A DNA stretch of 64,000 nt from Eledone cirrhosa (lineage: Eukaryota). The DNA lies in NCBI GenBank assembly GCA_964016885.1, contig OZ024742.1:342302001-342366000 (forward strand), in the 5' to 3' direction. Below the pieces are notes generated by a model. That model had not been told where the DNA came from. It saw nothing but the letters and a program-made list of their open reading frames with translations, and did not search any database. A program made the translations under genes and the position numbers. Position 1 is the stretch's first letter; each line of letters starts with the position of its first letter. Positions 29,101 through 42,900 of this stretch are shown here, piece after piece.

Positions 29101-32100
29101 CTCCAGTGGTATGAAGTATGTGATCTCCATTGGTATGAAGTATGTGATCTCCAGTGGTATGAAGTATGTGATCTACAGTGGTATGAAGTATGTGATCTCC
29201 AGTGGTATGAAGTATGTGATCTCCAGTGGTATGAAGTATGTGATCTAGAGTGGTATGAAGTATGTGATCTCCAGTGGTATGAAGTATGTGATCTCCTGTG
29301 GTATGAAGTATGTGATCTCCAGTGGTATGAAGTATGTGATCTACAGTTGTATGAAGTATGTGATCTCCAGTGGTATGAAGTATGTGATCTACAGTGGTAT
29401 GAAGTATGTGATCTACAGTGGTATGAAGTATGTGATCTACAGTGGTATGAAGTATGTGATCTCCAGTGGTATGATGAATGTGATCTACAGTGGTATGAAA
29501 TATGTGATCTCCAGTGGTATGAAATATGTGATCTCCAGTGCTATGAAGTATGTGATCTACAGTGGTATGAAGTATGTCAGCTCCAGTGGTATGAAGTATG
29601 TGATCTCCAGTGGTATGAAGTATGTGATCTACAGTGGTATGAAGTATGTGATCTCCAGTGGTATGAAGTATGTGATCTACAGTGGTATGAAGTGTGTGAT
29701 CTACAGTGGTATGAAGTATGTGATATCCTGTGATATGAAGTATGTGATATCCTGTGGTATGAAGTATGTGATCTACAGTGGTATGAAGTATGTGATCTAC
29801 AGTGGTATGAAGTATGTGATCTCCAGGGGTATGAAGTATGTGATCTACAGTGGTATGAAGTATGTGATCTACAGTGGTATGAAGTATGTGATATCCTGTG
29901 GTATGAAGTATGTGATCTACAGTGGTATGAAGTATGTGATCTACAGTGGTATGAAGTATGTGATCTCCTGTGGTATGAAGTATGTGATCTACAGTGGTAT
30001 GAAGTATGTGATCTACAGTTGTATGATGTATGTGATCTCCAGTGGTATGAAGTATGTGATCTCCATTGGTATGAAGTATGTGATCTCCAGTGGTATGAAG
30101 TATGTGATCTACAGTGGTATGAAGTATGTGATCTCCAGTGGTATGAAGTATGTGATCTACAGTGGTATGAAGTATGTGATCTACAATGGTATGAAGTATG
30201 TGATATCCTGTGGTATGAAGTATGTGATCTACAGTGGTATGAAGTATGTGATCTACAGTGGTATGAAGTATGTGATCTCCTGTGGTATGAAGTATGTGAT
30301 CTCCAGTGGTATGAAGTATGTGATCTACAGTGATATGAGGTATGTGATCTACAGTGGTATTAAGTATGTGATCTCCTGTGATATGAAGTATGTGATCTAC
30401 AGTGGTATGAAGTATGTGATCTGCAGTGGTATGAAGTATGTGATCTACAGTGGTATGAAGTATGTGATCTACAGTGGTATGATGTATGTGATCTCCAGTG
30501 GTATGAAGTATGTGATCTCCATTGGTATGAAGTATGTGATCTACAGTGGTATGAAGTATGTGATCTACAGTGGTATGAAGTATGTGATCTCCAGGGGTAT
30601 GAAGTATGTGATCTACAGTGGTATGAAGTATGTGATCTACAGTGGTATGAAGTATGTGATATCCTGTGGTATGAAGTATGTGATCTACAGTGGTATGAAG
30701 TATGTGATCTACAGTGGTATGAAGTATGTGATCTCCTGTGGTATGAAGTATGTGATCTCCAGTGGTATGAAGTATGTGATCTACAGTGATATGAGGTATG
30801 TGATCTACAGTGGTATGAAGTATGTGATCTCCTGTGATATGAAGTATGTGATCTACAGTGGTATGAAGTATGTGATCTACAGTGGTATGAAGTATGTGAT
30901 CTCCAGTTGTATGAAGTATGTGATCTACAGTGGTATGAAGTATGTGATCTACAGTGGTATGATGTATGTGATCTCCAGTGGTATGAAGTATGTGATCTCC
31001 TGTGGTATGAAGTATGTGATCTCCAGTGGTATGAAGTATGTGATCTACAGTTGTATGAAGTATGTGATCTCCAGTGGTATGAAGTATGTGATCTACAGTG
31101 GTATGAAGTATGTGATCTACAGTGGTATGAAGTATGTGATCTACAGTGGTATGAAGTATGTGATCTCCAGTGGTATGATGAATGTGATCTACAGTGGTAT
31201 GAAATATGTGATCTCCAGTGCTATGAAGTATGTGATCTACAGTGGTATGAAGTATGTCAGCTCCAGTGGTATGAAGTATGTGATCTCCAGTGGTATGAAG
31301 TATGTGATCTACAGTGGTATGAAGTATGTGATCTCCAGTGCTATGAAGTATGTGATCTACAGTGGTATGAAGTGTGTGATCTACAGTGGTATGAAGTATG
31401 TGATATCCTGTGATATGAAGTATGTGATATCCTGTGGTATGAAGTATGTGATCTACAGTGGTATGAAGTATGTGATCTACAGTGGTATGAAGTATGTGAT
31501 CTCCAGGGGTATGAAGTATGTGATCTACAGTGGTATGAAGTATGTGATCTCCAGTGGTATGAAGTATTGGATATCCTGTGGTATGAAGTATGTGATCTAC
31601 AGTGGTATGAAGTATGTGATCTACAGTGGTATGAAGTATGTGATCTCCTGTGGTATGAAGTATGTGATCTCCAGTGGTATGAAGTATGTGATCTACAGTG
31701 ATATGAGGTATGTGATCTACAGTGGTATGAAGTATGTGATCTCCTGTGATATGAAGTATGTGATCTACAGTGGTATGAAGTATGTGATCTACAGTGGTAT
31801 GAAGTATGTGATCTCCAGTGGTATGAAGTATGTGATCTACAGTGGTATGAAGTATGTGATCTACAGTTGTATGATGTATGTGATCTACAGTGGTATGAAG
31901 TATGTGATCTCCAGTGGTATGAAGTATGTGATCTCCAGTGGTATGAAGTATGTGATCTACAGTGGTATGAAGTATGTGATCTCCAGTGTTATGAAGTATG
32001 TGATCTACAGTGGTATGAAGTATGTGATCTACAATGGTATGAAGTATGTGATATCCTGTGGTATGAAGTATGTGATCTACAGTGGTATGAAGTATGTGAT

Positions 32101-32745
32101 CTACAGTGGTATGAAGTATGTGATCTCCAGTGGTATGAAGTATGTGATCTCCAGTGGTATGAAGTATGTGATCTACAGTGATATGAGGTATGTGATCTAC
32201 AGTGGTATGAAGTATGTGATCTCCTGTGATATGAAGTATGTGATCTACAGTGGTATGAAGTATGTGATCTACAGTGGTATGAAGTATGTGATCTGCAGTG
32301 GTATGAAGTATGTGATCTACAGTGGTATGAAGTATGTGATCTACAGTGGTATGATGTATGTGATCTCCAGTGGTATGAAGTATGTGATCTCCATTGGTAT
32401 GAAGTATGTGATCTCCAGTGGTATGAAGTATGTGATCTACAGTGGTATGAAGTATGTGATCTCCAGTGGTATGAAGTATGTGATCTCCAGTGGTATGAAG
32501 TATGTGATCTAGAGTGGTATGAAGTATGTGATCTCCAGTGGTATGAAGTATGTGATCTCCAGTGGTATGAAGAATGTGATCTACAGTGGTATGAAATATG
32601 TGATCTCCAGTGCTATGAAGTATGTGATCTACAGTGGTATGAAGTATGTCAGCTCCAGTGGTATGAAGTATGTGATCTCCAGTGGTATGAAGTATGTGAT
32701 CTACAGTGGTATGAAGTATGTGATCTCCAGTGGTATGAAGTATGT
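24970..32745 (+). repeat. ~3.5-kb block duplicated at offset 4295 bp (179 monomers - 1 nt): ~24970-28450 and ~29265-32745
   Basis: ORF starts or ends 25052/29347, 25724/30019, 27572/31867 and 28217/32512 are offset by 4295. Confidence 0.83.
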
Positions 32746-33989
32746 GATCTACAGTGATATGAGGTATGTGATCTACAGTGGTATGAAGTATGTGATCTCC
32801 TGTGATATGAAGTATGTGATCTACAGTGGTATGAAGTATGTGATCTACAGTGGTATGAAGTATGTGATCTGCAGTGGTATGAAGTATGTGATCTACAGTG
32901 GTATGAAGTATGTGATCTACAGTGGTATGATGTATGTGATCTCCAGTGGTATGAAGTATGTGATCTCCATTGGTATGAAGTATGTGATCTCCAGTGGTAT
33001 GAAGTATGTGATCTACAGTGGTATGAAGTATGTGATCTCCAGTGGTATGAAGTATGTGATCTCCAGTGGTATGAAGTATGTGATCTAGAGTGGTATGAAG
33101 TATGTGATCTCCAGTGGTATGAAGTATGTGATCTCCAGTGGTATGAAGAATGTGATCTACAGTGGTATGAAATATGTTATCTCCAGTGCTATGAAGTATG
33201 TGATCTACAGTGGTATGAAGTATGTCAGCTCCAGTGGTATGAAGTATGTGATCTCCAGTGGTATGAAGTATGTGATCTACAGTGGTATGAAGTATGTGAT
33301 CTCCAGTGGTATGAAGTATGTGATCTACAGTGGTATGAAGTGTGTGATCTACAGTGGTATGAAGTATGTGATATCCTGTGATATGAAGTATGTGATATCC
33401 TGTGGTATGAAGTATGTGATCTACAGTGGTATGAAGTATGTGATCTCCTGTGATATGAAGTATGTGATATCCAGTGGTATGAAGTATGTGATCTCCATTG
33501 GTATGAAGTATGTGATCTGCAGTGATATGAAGTATGTGATCTACAGTGGTATGAAGTATGTGATCTTCAGTGGTATGAAGTATGTGATCTCCAGTGGTAT
33601 GAAGTATGTGATCTACAGTGGTATGAAGTATGTGATCTACAGTGGTATGAAGTATGTGATCTACAGTGGTATGAAGTATGTGATCTCCAGTGGTATGAAG
33701 TATGTGATCTCCAGTGGTATGAAGTATGTGATCTACAGTGGTATGAAGTATGTGATCTACAGTGGTATGAAGTATGTGATCTCCAGTGGTATGAAGTATG
33801 TGATCTACAGTGGTATGAAGTATGTGATCTACAGTGGTATGAAGTATGTGATCTCCAGTGGTATGAAAGTATGTGATCTCCAGTGGTATGAAGTATGTGA
33901 TCTACAGAGGTATGAAGTATGTGATCTACAGTGATATGAAGTATGTGATCTACAGTGGTATGAAGTATGTGATATCCTGTGGTATGAAG

Positions 33990-36900
33990 TATGTGATCTC
34001 CATTGGTATGAAGTATGTGATCTCCAGTGGTATGAAGTATGTGATCTCCAGTGGTATGAAGTATGTGATCTCCAGTGGTATGAAGTATGTGATCTACAGT
34101 GGTATGAAGTATGTGATCTACAGTGGTATGAAGTATGTGATCTACAGTGGTATGAAGTATGTGATATCCTGTGGTATGAAGTATATGATCTACAGTGGTA
34201 TGAAGTATGTGATCTCCAGTGGTATGAAGTATGTGATCTACAGTGGTATGAAGTATGTGATCTACAGTGGTATGAAGTATGTGATATCCTGTGGTATGAA
34301 AGTATGTGATCTCCAGTGGTATGAAGTATGTGATCTACAGTGGTATGAAGTATGTGATCTACAGTGATATGAAGTATGTGATCTACAGTGGTATGAAGTA
34401 TGTGATATACTGTGGTATGAAGTATGTGATCTCCATTGGTATGAAGTATGTGATCTCCAGTGGTATGAAGTATGTGATCTCCAGTGGTATGAAGTATGTG
34501 ATCTCCAGTGGTATGAAGTATGTGATCTACAGTGGTATGAAGTATGTGATCTACAGTGGTATGAAGTATGTGATCTACAGTGGTATGAAGTATGTGATAT
34601 CTTGTGGTATGAAGTATATGATCTCCATTGGTATGAAGTATGTGATCTCCAGTGGTATGAAGTATGTGATCTACAGTGGTATGAAGTATGTGATCTCCAG
34701 TGGTATGAAGTATGTGATCTACAGTGGTATGAAGTATGTGATCTACAGTGATATGAAGTATGTGATCTACAGTGGTATGAAGTATGTGATATCCTGTGGT
34801 ATGAAGTATGTGATCTCCATTGGTATGAAGTATGTGATCTCCAGTGGTATGAAGTATGTGATCTCCAGTGGTATGAAGTATGTGATCTACAGTGGTATGA
34901 AGTATGTGATCTACAGTGGTATGAAGTATGTCAGCTCCAGTGGTATGATGTATGTGATCTCCAGTGGTATGAAGTATGTGATCAACAGTGGTATGAAGTA
35001 TGTGATCTCCAGTGGTATGAAGTATGTGATCTACAGTGGTATGATGTATGTGATGTCCAGTGGTATGAAGTATGTGATCTACAGTGGTATGAAGTATGTG
35101 ATCTCCAGTGGTATGAAGTATGTGATCTCCAGTGGTATGAAGTATGTGATCTACAGTGGTATGAAGTATGTGATCTACAGTGGTATGATGTATGTGATAT
35201 CCCGTGGTATGAAGTATGTGATCTCCAGTGGTATGAAGTATGTCAGCTCCACTGGTATGAAGTATGTGATCTACAGTGGTATGAAGTATGTGATATCCTG
35301 TGGTATGAATTATGTGATGTCCAGTGGTATGAAGTATGTGATCTCCAGTGTTATGAAGTATGTCAGCTCCAGTGGTATGAAGTATGTCAGCTCCAGTGGT
35401 ATGAAGTATGTCAGCTCCTGTGGTATGAAGTATGTGATCTCCAGTGGTATGAAGTATGTCAGCTTCAGTGGTATGAAGTATGTTAGCTCCAGTGGTATGA
35501 AGTATGTGATATCTTGTGGTATGAAGTATGTGATCTCCAGTGGTATGAAGTATGTGATCTACAGTGGTATGAAGTATGTGATCTACAGTGGTATGAAGTG
35601 TGTCAGCTCCAGTGGTATGAAGTATGTGATCTCCTGTGGTATGAAGTATGTGATCTACAGTGGTATGAAGTATGTGATCTACAGTGGTATGAAGTATGTG
35701 ATCTACAGTGGTATGAAGTATGTCAGTTCCAGTGGTATGAAGTATGTGATCTCCAGTGGTATGAAGTATGTGATCTACAGTGGTATGAAGTATGTGATCT
35801 ACAGTGGTATGAAGTATGTGATCTACAGTGGTATGAAGTATGTCAGCTCCAGTGGTATGAAGTATGTGATCTACAGTGGTATGAAGTATGTGATCTACAG
35901 TGGTATGAAGTATGTGATCTCCAGTGGTATGAAAGTATGCGATCTCCAGTGGTATGAGTATGTGATCTACAGTGGTATGAAGTATGTGATCTACAGTGAT
36001 ATGAAGTATGTGATCTACAGTGGTATGAAGTATGTGATATCCTGTGGTATGAAGTATGTGATCTCCATTGGTATGAAGTATGTGATCTCCAGTGGTATGA
36101 AGTATGTGATCTCCAGTGGTATGAAGTATGTGATCTACAGTGGTATGAAGTATGTGATCTACAGTGGTATGAAGTATGTGATATCCTGTGGTATGAAGTA
36201 TGTGATCTCCATTGGTATGAAGTATGTGATCTCCAGTGGTATGAATTATGTGATCTCCAGTGGTATGATGTATGTGATCTCCAGTGGTATGAAGTATGTG
36301 ATCTACAGTGGTATGAAGTATGTGATCTACAGTGGTATGAAGTATGTGATATCCTGTGGTATGAAGTATATGATCTCCATTGGTATGAAGTATGTGATCT
36401 CCAGTGGTATGAAGTATGTGATCTACAGTGGTATGAAGTATGTGATCTCCATTGGTATGAAGTATGTGATCTACAGTGGTATGAAGTATGTGATCTACAG
36501 TGGTATGAAGTATGTGATCTCCAGGGGTATGAAGTATGTGATCTACAGTGGTATGAAGTATGTGATCTACAGTGGTATGAAGTATGTGATATCCTGTGGT
36601 ATGAAGTATGTGATCTACAGTGGTATGAAGTATGTGATCTACAGTGGTATGAAGTATGTGATCTCATGTGGTATGAAGTATGTGATCTCCAGTGGTATGA
36701 AGTATGTGATCTACAGTGATATGAGGTATGTGATCTACAGTGGTATGAAGTATGTGATCTCCTGTGATATGAAGTATGTGATCTACAGTGGTATGAAGTA
36801 TGTGATCTACAGTGGTATGAAGTATGTGATCTCCAGTTGTATGAAGTATGTGATCTACAGTGGTATGAAGTATGTGATCTACAGTGGTATGATGTATGTG

Positions 36901-39900
36901 ATCTCCAGTGGTATGAAGTATGTGATCTCCTGTGGTATGAAGTATGTGATCTCCAGTGGTATGAAGTATGTGATCTACAGTTGTATGAAGTATGTGATCT
37001 CCAGTGGTATGAAGTATGTGATCTACAGTGGTATGAAGTATGTGATCTACAGTGGTATGAAGTATGTGATCTACAGTGGTATGAAGTATGTGATCTCCAG
37101 TGGTATGATGAATGTGATCTACAGTGGTATGAAATATGTGATCTCCAGTGCTATGAAGTATGTGATCTACAGTGGTATGAAGTATGTCAGCTCCAGTGGT
37201 ATGAAGTATGTGATCTCCAGTGGTATGAAGTATGTGATCTACAGTGGTATGAAGTATGTGATCTCCAGTGCTATGAAGTATGTGATCTACAGTGGTATGA
37301 AGTGTGTGATCTACAGTGGTATGAAGTATGTGATATCCTGTGATATGAAGTATGTGATATCCTGTGGTATGAAGTATGTGATCTACAGTGGTATGAAGTA
37401 TGTGATCTACAGTGGTATGAAGTATGTGATCTCCAGGGGTATGAAGTATGTGATCTACAGTGGTATGAAGTATGTGATCTACAGTGGTATGAAGTATGTG
37501 ATATCCTGTGGTATGAAGTATGTGATCTACAGTGGTATGAAGTATGTGATCTACAGTGGTATGAAGTATGTGATCTCCTGTGGTATGAAGTATGTGATCT
37601 CCAGTGGTATGAAGTATGTGATCTACAGTGATATGAGGTATGTGATCTACAGTGGTATGAAGTATGTGATCTCCTGTGATATGAAGTATGTGATCTACAG
37701 TGGTATGAAGTATGTGATCTACAGTGGTATGAAGTATGTGATCTCCAGTGGTATGAAGTATGTGATCTACAGTGGTATGAAGTATGTGATCTACAGTTGT
37801 ATGATGTATGTGATCTCCAGTGGTATGAAGTATGTGATCTCCATTGGTATGAAGTATGTGATCTCCAGTGGTATGAAGTATGTGATCTACAGTGGTATGA
37901 AGTATGTGATCTCCAGTGGTATGAAGTATGTGATCTACAGTGGTATGAAGTATGTGATCTACAATGGTATGAAGTATGTGATATCCTGTGGTATGAAGTA
38001 TGTGATCTACAGTGGTATGAAGTATGTGATCTACAGTGGTATGAAGTATGTGATCTCCTGTGGTATGAAGTATGTGATCTCCAGTGGTATGAAGTATGTG
38101 ATCTACAGTGATATGAGGTATGTGATCTACAGTGGTATGAAGTATGTGATCTCCTGTGATATGAAGTATGTGATCTACAGTGGTATGAAGTATGTGATCT
38201 ACAGTGGTATGAAGTATGTGATCTGCAGTGGTATGAAGTATGTGATCTACAGTGGTATGAAGTATGTGATCTACAGTGGTATGATGTATGTGATCTCCAG
38301 TGGTATGAAGTATGTGATCTCCATTGGTATGAAGTATGTGATCTCCAGTGGTATGAAGTATGTGATCTACAGTGGTATGAAGTATGTGATCTCCAGTGGT
38401 ATGAAGTATGTGATCTCCAGTGGTATGAAGTATGTGATCTAGAGTGGTATGAAGTATGTGATCTCCAGTGGTATGAAGTATGTGATCTCCAGTGGTATGA
38501 AGAATGTGATCTACAGTGGTATGAAATATGTGATCTCCAGTGCTATGAAGTATGTGATCTACAGTGGTATGAAGTATGTCAGCTCCAGTGGTATGAAGTA
38601 TGTGATCTCCAGTGGTATGAAGTATGTGATCTACAGTGGTATGAAGTATGTGATCTCCAGTGGTATGAAGTATGTGATCTACAGTGGTATGAAGTGTGTG
38701 ATCTACAGTGGTATGAAGTATGTGATATCCTGTGATATGAAGTATGTGATATCCTGTGGTATGAAGTATGTGATCTCCAGTGGTATGAAGTATGTGATCT
38801 ACAGTGGTATGAAGTATGTGATCTACAGTTGTATGATGTATGTGACCCCAGTGGTATGAAGTATGTGATCTCCATTGGTATGAAGTATGTGATCTCCAGT
38901 GGTATGAAGTATGTGATCTACAGTGGTATGAAGTATGTGATCTCCAGTGGTATGAAGTATGTGATCTACAGTGGTATGAAGTATGTGATCTACAATGGTA
39001 TGAAGTATGTGATATCCTGTGGTATGAAGTATGTGATCTTCAGTGGTATGAAGTATGTGATCTACAGTGGTATGAAGTATGTGATCTCCTGTGGTATGAA
39101 GTATGTGATCTCCAGTGGTATGAAGTATGTGATCTACAGTGATATGAGGTATGTGATCTACAGTGGTATGAAGTATGTGATCTCCTGTGATATGAAGTAT
39201 GTGATCTACAGTTATATGAAGTATGTGATCTACAGTGGTATGAAGTATGTGATCTGCAGTGGTATGAAGTATGTGATCTACAGTGGTATGAAGTATGTGA
39301 TCTACAGTGGTATGATGTATGTGATCTCCAGTGGTATGAAGTATGTGATCTCCATTGGTATGAAGTATGTGATCTCCAGTGGTATGAAGTATGTGATCTA
39401 CAGTGGTATGAAGTATGTGATCTCCAGTGGTATGAAGTATGTGATCTCCAGTGGTATGAAGTATGTGATCTAGAGTGGTATGAAGTATGTGATCTCCAGT
39501 GGTATGAAGTATGTGATCTCCAGTGGTATGAAGAATGTGATCTACAGTGGTATGAAATATGTTATCTCCAGTGCTATGAAGTATGTGATCTACAGTGGTA
39601 TGAAGTATGTCAGCTCCAGTGGTATGAAGTATGTGATCTCCAGTGGTATGAAGTATGTGATCTACAGTGGTATGAAGTATGTGATCTCCAGTGGTATGAA
39701 GTATGTGATCTACAGTGGTATGAAGTGTGTGATCTACAGTGGTATGAAGTATGTGATATCCTGTGATATGAAGTATGTGATATCCTGTGGTATGAAGTAT
39801 GTGATCTACAGTGGTATGAAGTATGTGATCTCCTGTGATATGAAGTATGTGATCTACAGTGGTATGAAGTATGTGATCTACAGTGGTATGAAGTATGTGA

Positions 39901-42900
39901 TCTCCAGGGGTATGAAGTATGTGATCTACAGTGGTATGAAGTATGTGATCTCCAGTGGTATGAAGTATGTCAGCTCCAGTGGTATGAAGTATGTGATCTA
40001 CAGTGGTATGAAGTATGTGATCTACAGTGGTATGATGTATGTGATATCCAGTGGTATGAAGTATGTGATCTCCATTGGTATGAAGTATGTGATCTGCAGT
40101 GATATGAAGTATGTGATCTACAGTGGTATGAAGTATGTGATCTTCAGTGGTATGAAGTATGTGATCTCCAGTGGTATGAAGTATGTGATCTACAGTGGTA
40201 TGAAGTATGTGATCTACAGTGGTATGAAGTATGTGATCTACAGTGGTATGAAGTATGTGATCTCCAGTGGTATGATGTATGTGATCTCCAGTGGTATGAA
40301 GTATGTGATCTACAGTGGTATGAAGTATGTGATCTACAGTGGTATGAAGTATGTGATCTCCAGTGGTATGAAGTATGTGATCTACAGTGGTATGAAGTAT
40401 GTGATCTACAGTGGTATGAAGTATGTGATCTCCAGTGGTATGAAAGTATGTGATCTCCAGTGGTATGAAGTATGTGATCTACAGAGGTATGAAGTATGTG
40501 ATCTACAGTGATATGAAGTATGTGATCTACAGTGGTATGAAGTATGTGATATCCTGTGGTATGAAGTATGTGATCTCCATTGGTATGAAGTATGTGATCT
40601 CCAGTGGTATGAAGTATGTGATCTCCAGTGGTATGAAGTATGTGATCTCCAGTGGTATGAAGTATGTGATCTACAGTGGTATGAAGTATGTGATCTACAG
40701 TGGTATGAAGTATGTGATCTACAGTGGTATGAAGTCTGTGATATCCTGTGGTATGAAGTATATGATCTCCATTGGTATGAAGTATGTGATCTCCAGTGGT
40801 ATGAAGTATGTGATCTACAGTGGTATGAAGTATGTGATCTCCAGTGGTATGAAGTATGTGATCTACAGTGGTATGAAGTATGTGATCTACAGTGGTATGA
40901 AGTATGTGATATCCTGTGGTATGAAAGTATGTGATCTCCAGTGGTATGAAGTATGTGATCTACAGTGGTATGAAGTATGTGATCTACAGTGATATGAAGT
41001 ATGTGATCTACAGTGGTATGAAGTATGTGATATACTGTGGTATGAAGTATGTGATCTCCATTGGTATGAAGTATGTGATCTCCAGTGGTATGAAGTATGT
41101 GATCTCCAGTGGTATGAAGTATGTGATCTCCAGTGGTATGAAGTATGTGATCTACAGTGGTATGAAGTATGTGATCTACAGTGGTATGAAGTATGTGATC
41201 TACAGTGGTATGAAGTATGTGATATCTTGTGGTATGAAGTATATGATCTCCATTGGTATGAAGTATGTGATCTCCAGTGGTATGAAGTATGTGATCTACA
41301 GTGGTATGAAGTATGTGATCTCCAGTGGTATGAAGTATGTGATCTACAGTGGTATGAAGTATGTGATCTACAGTGATATGAAGTATGTGATCTACAGTGG
41401 TATGAAGTATGTGATATCCTGTGGTATGAAGTATGTGATCTCCATTGGTATGAAGTATGTGATCTCCAGTGGTATGAAGTATGTGATCTCCAGTGGTATG
41501 AAGTATGTGATCTACAGTGGTATGAAGTATGTGATCTACAGTGGTATGAAGTATGTCAGCTCCAGTGGTATGATGTATGTGATCTCCAGTGGTATGAAGT
41601 ATGTGATCTACAGTGGTATGATGTATGTGATGTCCAGTGGTATGAAGTATGTGATCTACAGTGGTATGAAGTATGTGATCTCCAGTGGTATGAAGTATGT
41701 GATCTCCAGTGGTATGAAGTATGTGATCTACAGTGGTATGAAGTATGTGATCTACAGTGGTATGATGTATGTGATATCCTGTGGTATGAAGTATGTGATC
41801 TCCAGTGGTATGAAGTATGTCAGCTCCACTGGTATGAAGTATGTGATCTACAGTGGTATGAAGTATGTGATATCCTGTGGTATGAATTATGTGATGTCCA
41901 GTGGTATGAAGTATGTGATCTCCAGTGTTATGAAGTATGTCAGCTCCAGTGGTATGAAGTATGTCAGCTCCAGTGGTATGAAGTATGTCAGCTCCTGTGG
42001 TATGAAGTATGTGATCTCCAGTGGTATGAAGTATGTCAGCTTCAGTGGTATGAAGTATGTTAGCTCCAGTGGTATGAAGTATGTGATATCTTGTGGTATG
42101 AAGTATGTGATCTACAGTGGTATGAAGTATGTGATCTACAGTGGTATGAAGTATGTGATCTACAGTGGTATGAAGTGTGTCAGCTCCAGTGGTATGAAGT
42201 ATGTGATCTCCAGTGGTATGAAGTATGTGATCTACAGTGGTATGAAGTATGTGATCTACAGTGGTATGAAGTATGTGATCTACAGTGGTATGAAGTATGT
42301 CAGTTCCAGTGGTATGAAGTATGTGATCTCCAGTGGTATGAAGTATGTGATCTACAGTGGTATGAAGTATGTGATCTACAGTGGTATGAAGTATGTGATC
42401 TACAGTGGTATGAAGTATGTCAGCTCCAGTGGTATGAAGTATGTGATCTACAGTGGTATGAAGTATGTGATCTACAGTGGTATGAAGTATGTGATCTCCA
42501 GTGGTATGAAAGTATGCGATCTCCAGTGGTATGAGTATGTGATCTACAGTGGTATGAAGTATGTGATCTACAGTGATATGAAGTATGTGATCTACAGTGG
42601 TATGAAGTATGTGATATCCTGTGGTATGAAGTATGTGATCTCCATTGGTATGAAGTATGTGATCTCCAGTGGTATGAAGTATGTGATCTCCAGTGGTATG
42701 AAGTATGTGATCTACAGTGGTATGAAGTATGTGATCTACAGTGGTATGAAGTATGTGATATCCTGTGGTATGAAGTATGTGATCTCCATTGGTATGAAGT
42801 ATGTGATCTCCAGTGGTATGAATTATGTGATCTCCAGTGGTATGATGTATGTGATCTCCAGTGGTATGAAGTATGTGATCTACAGTGGTATGAAGTATGT

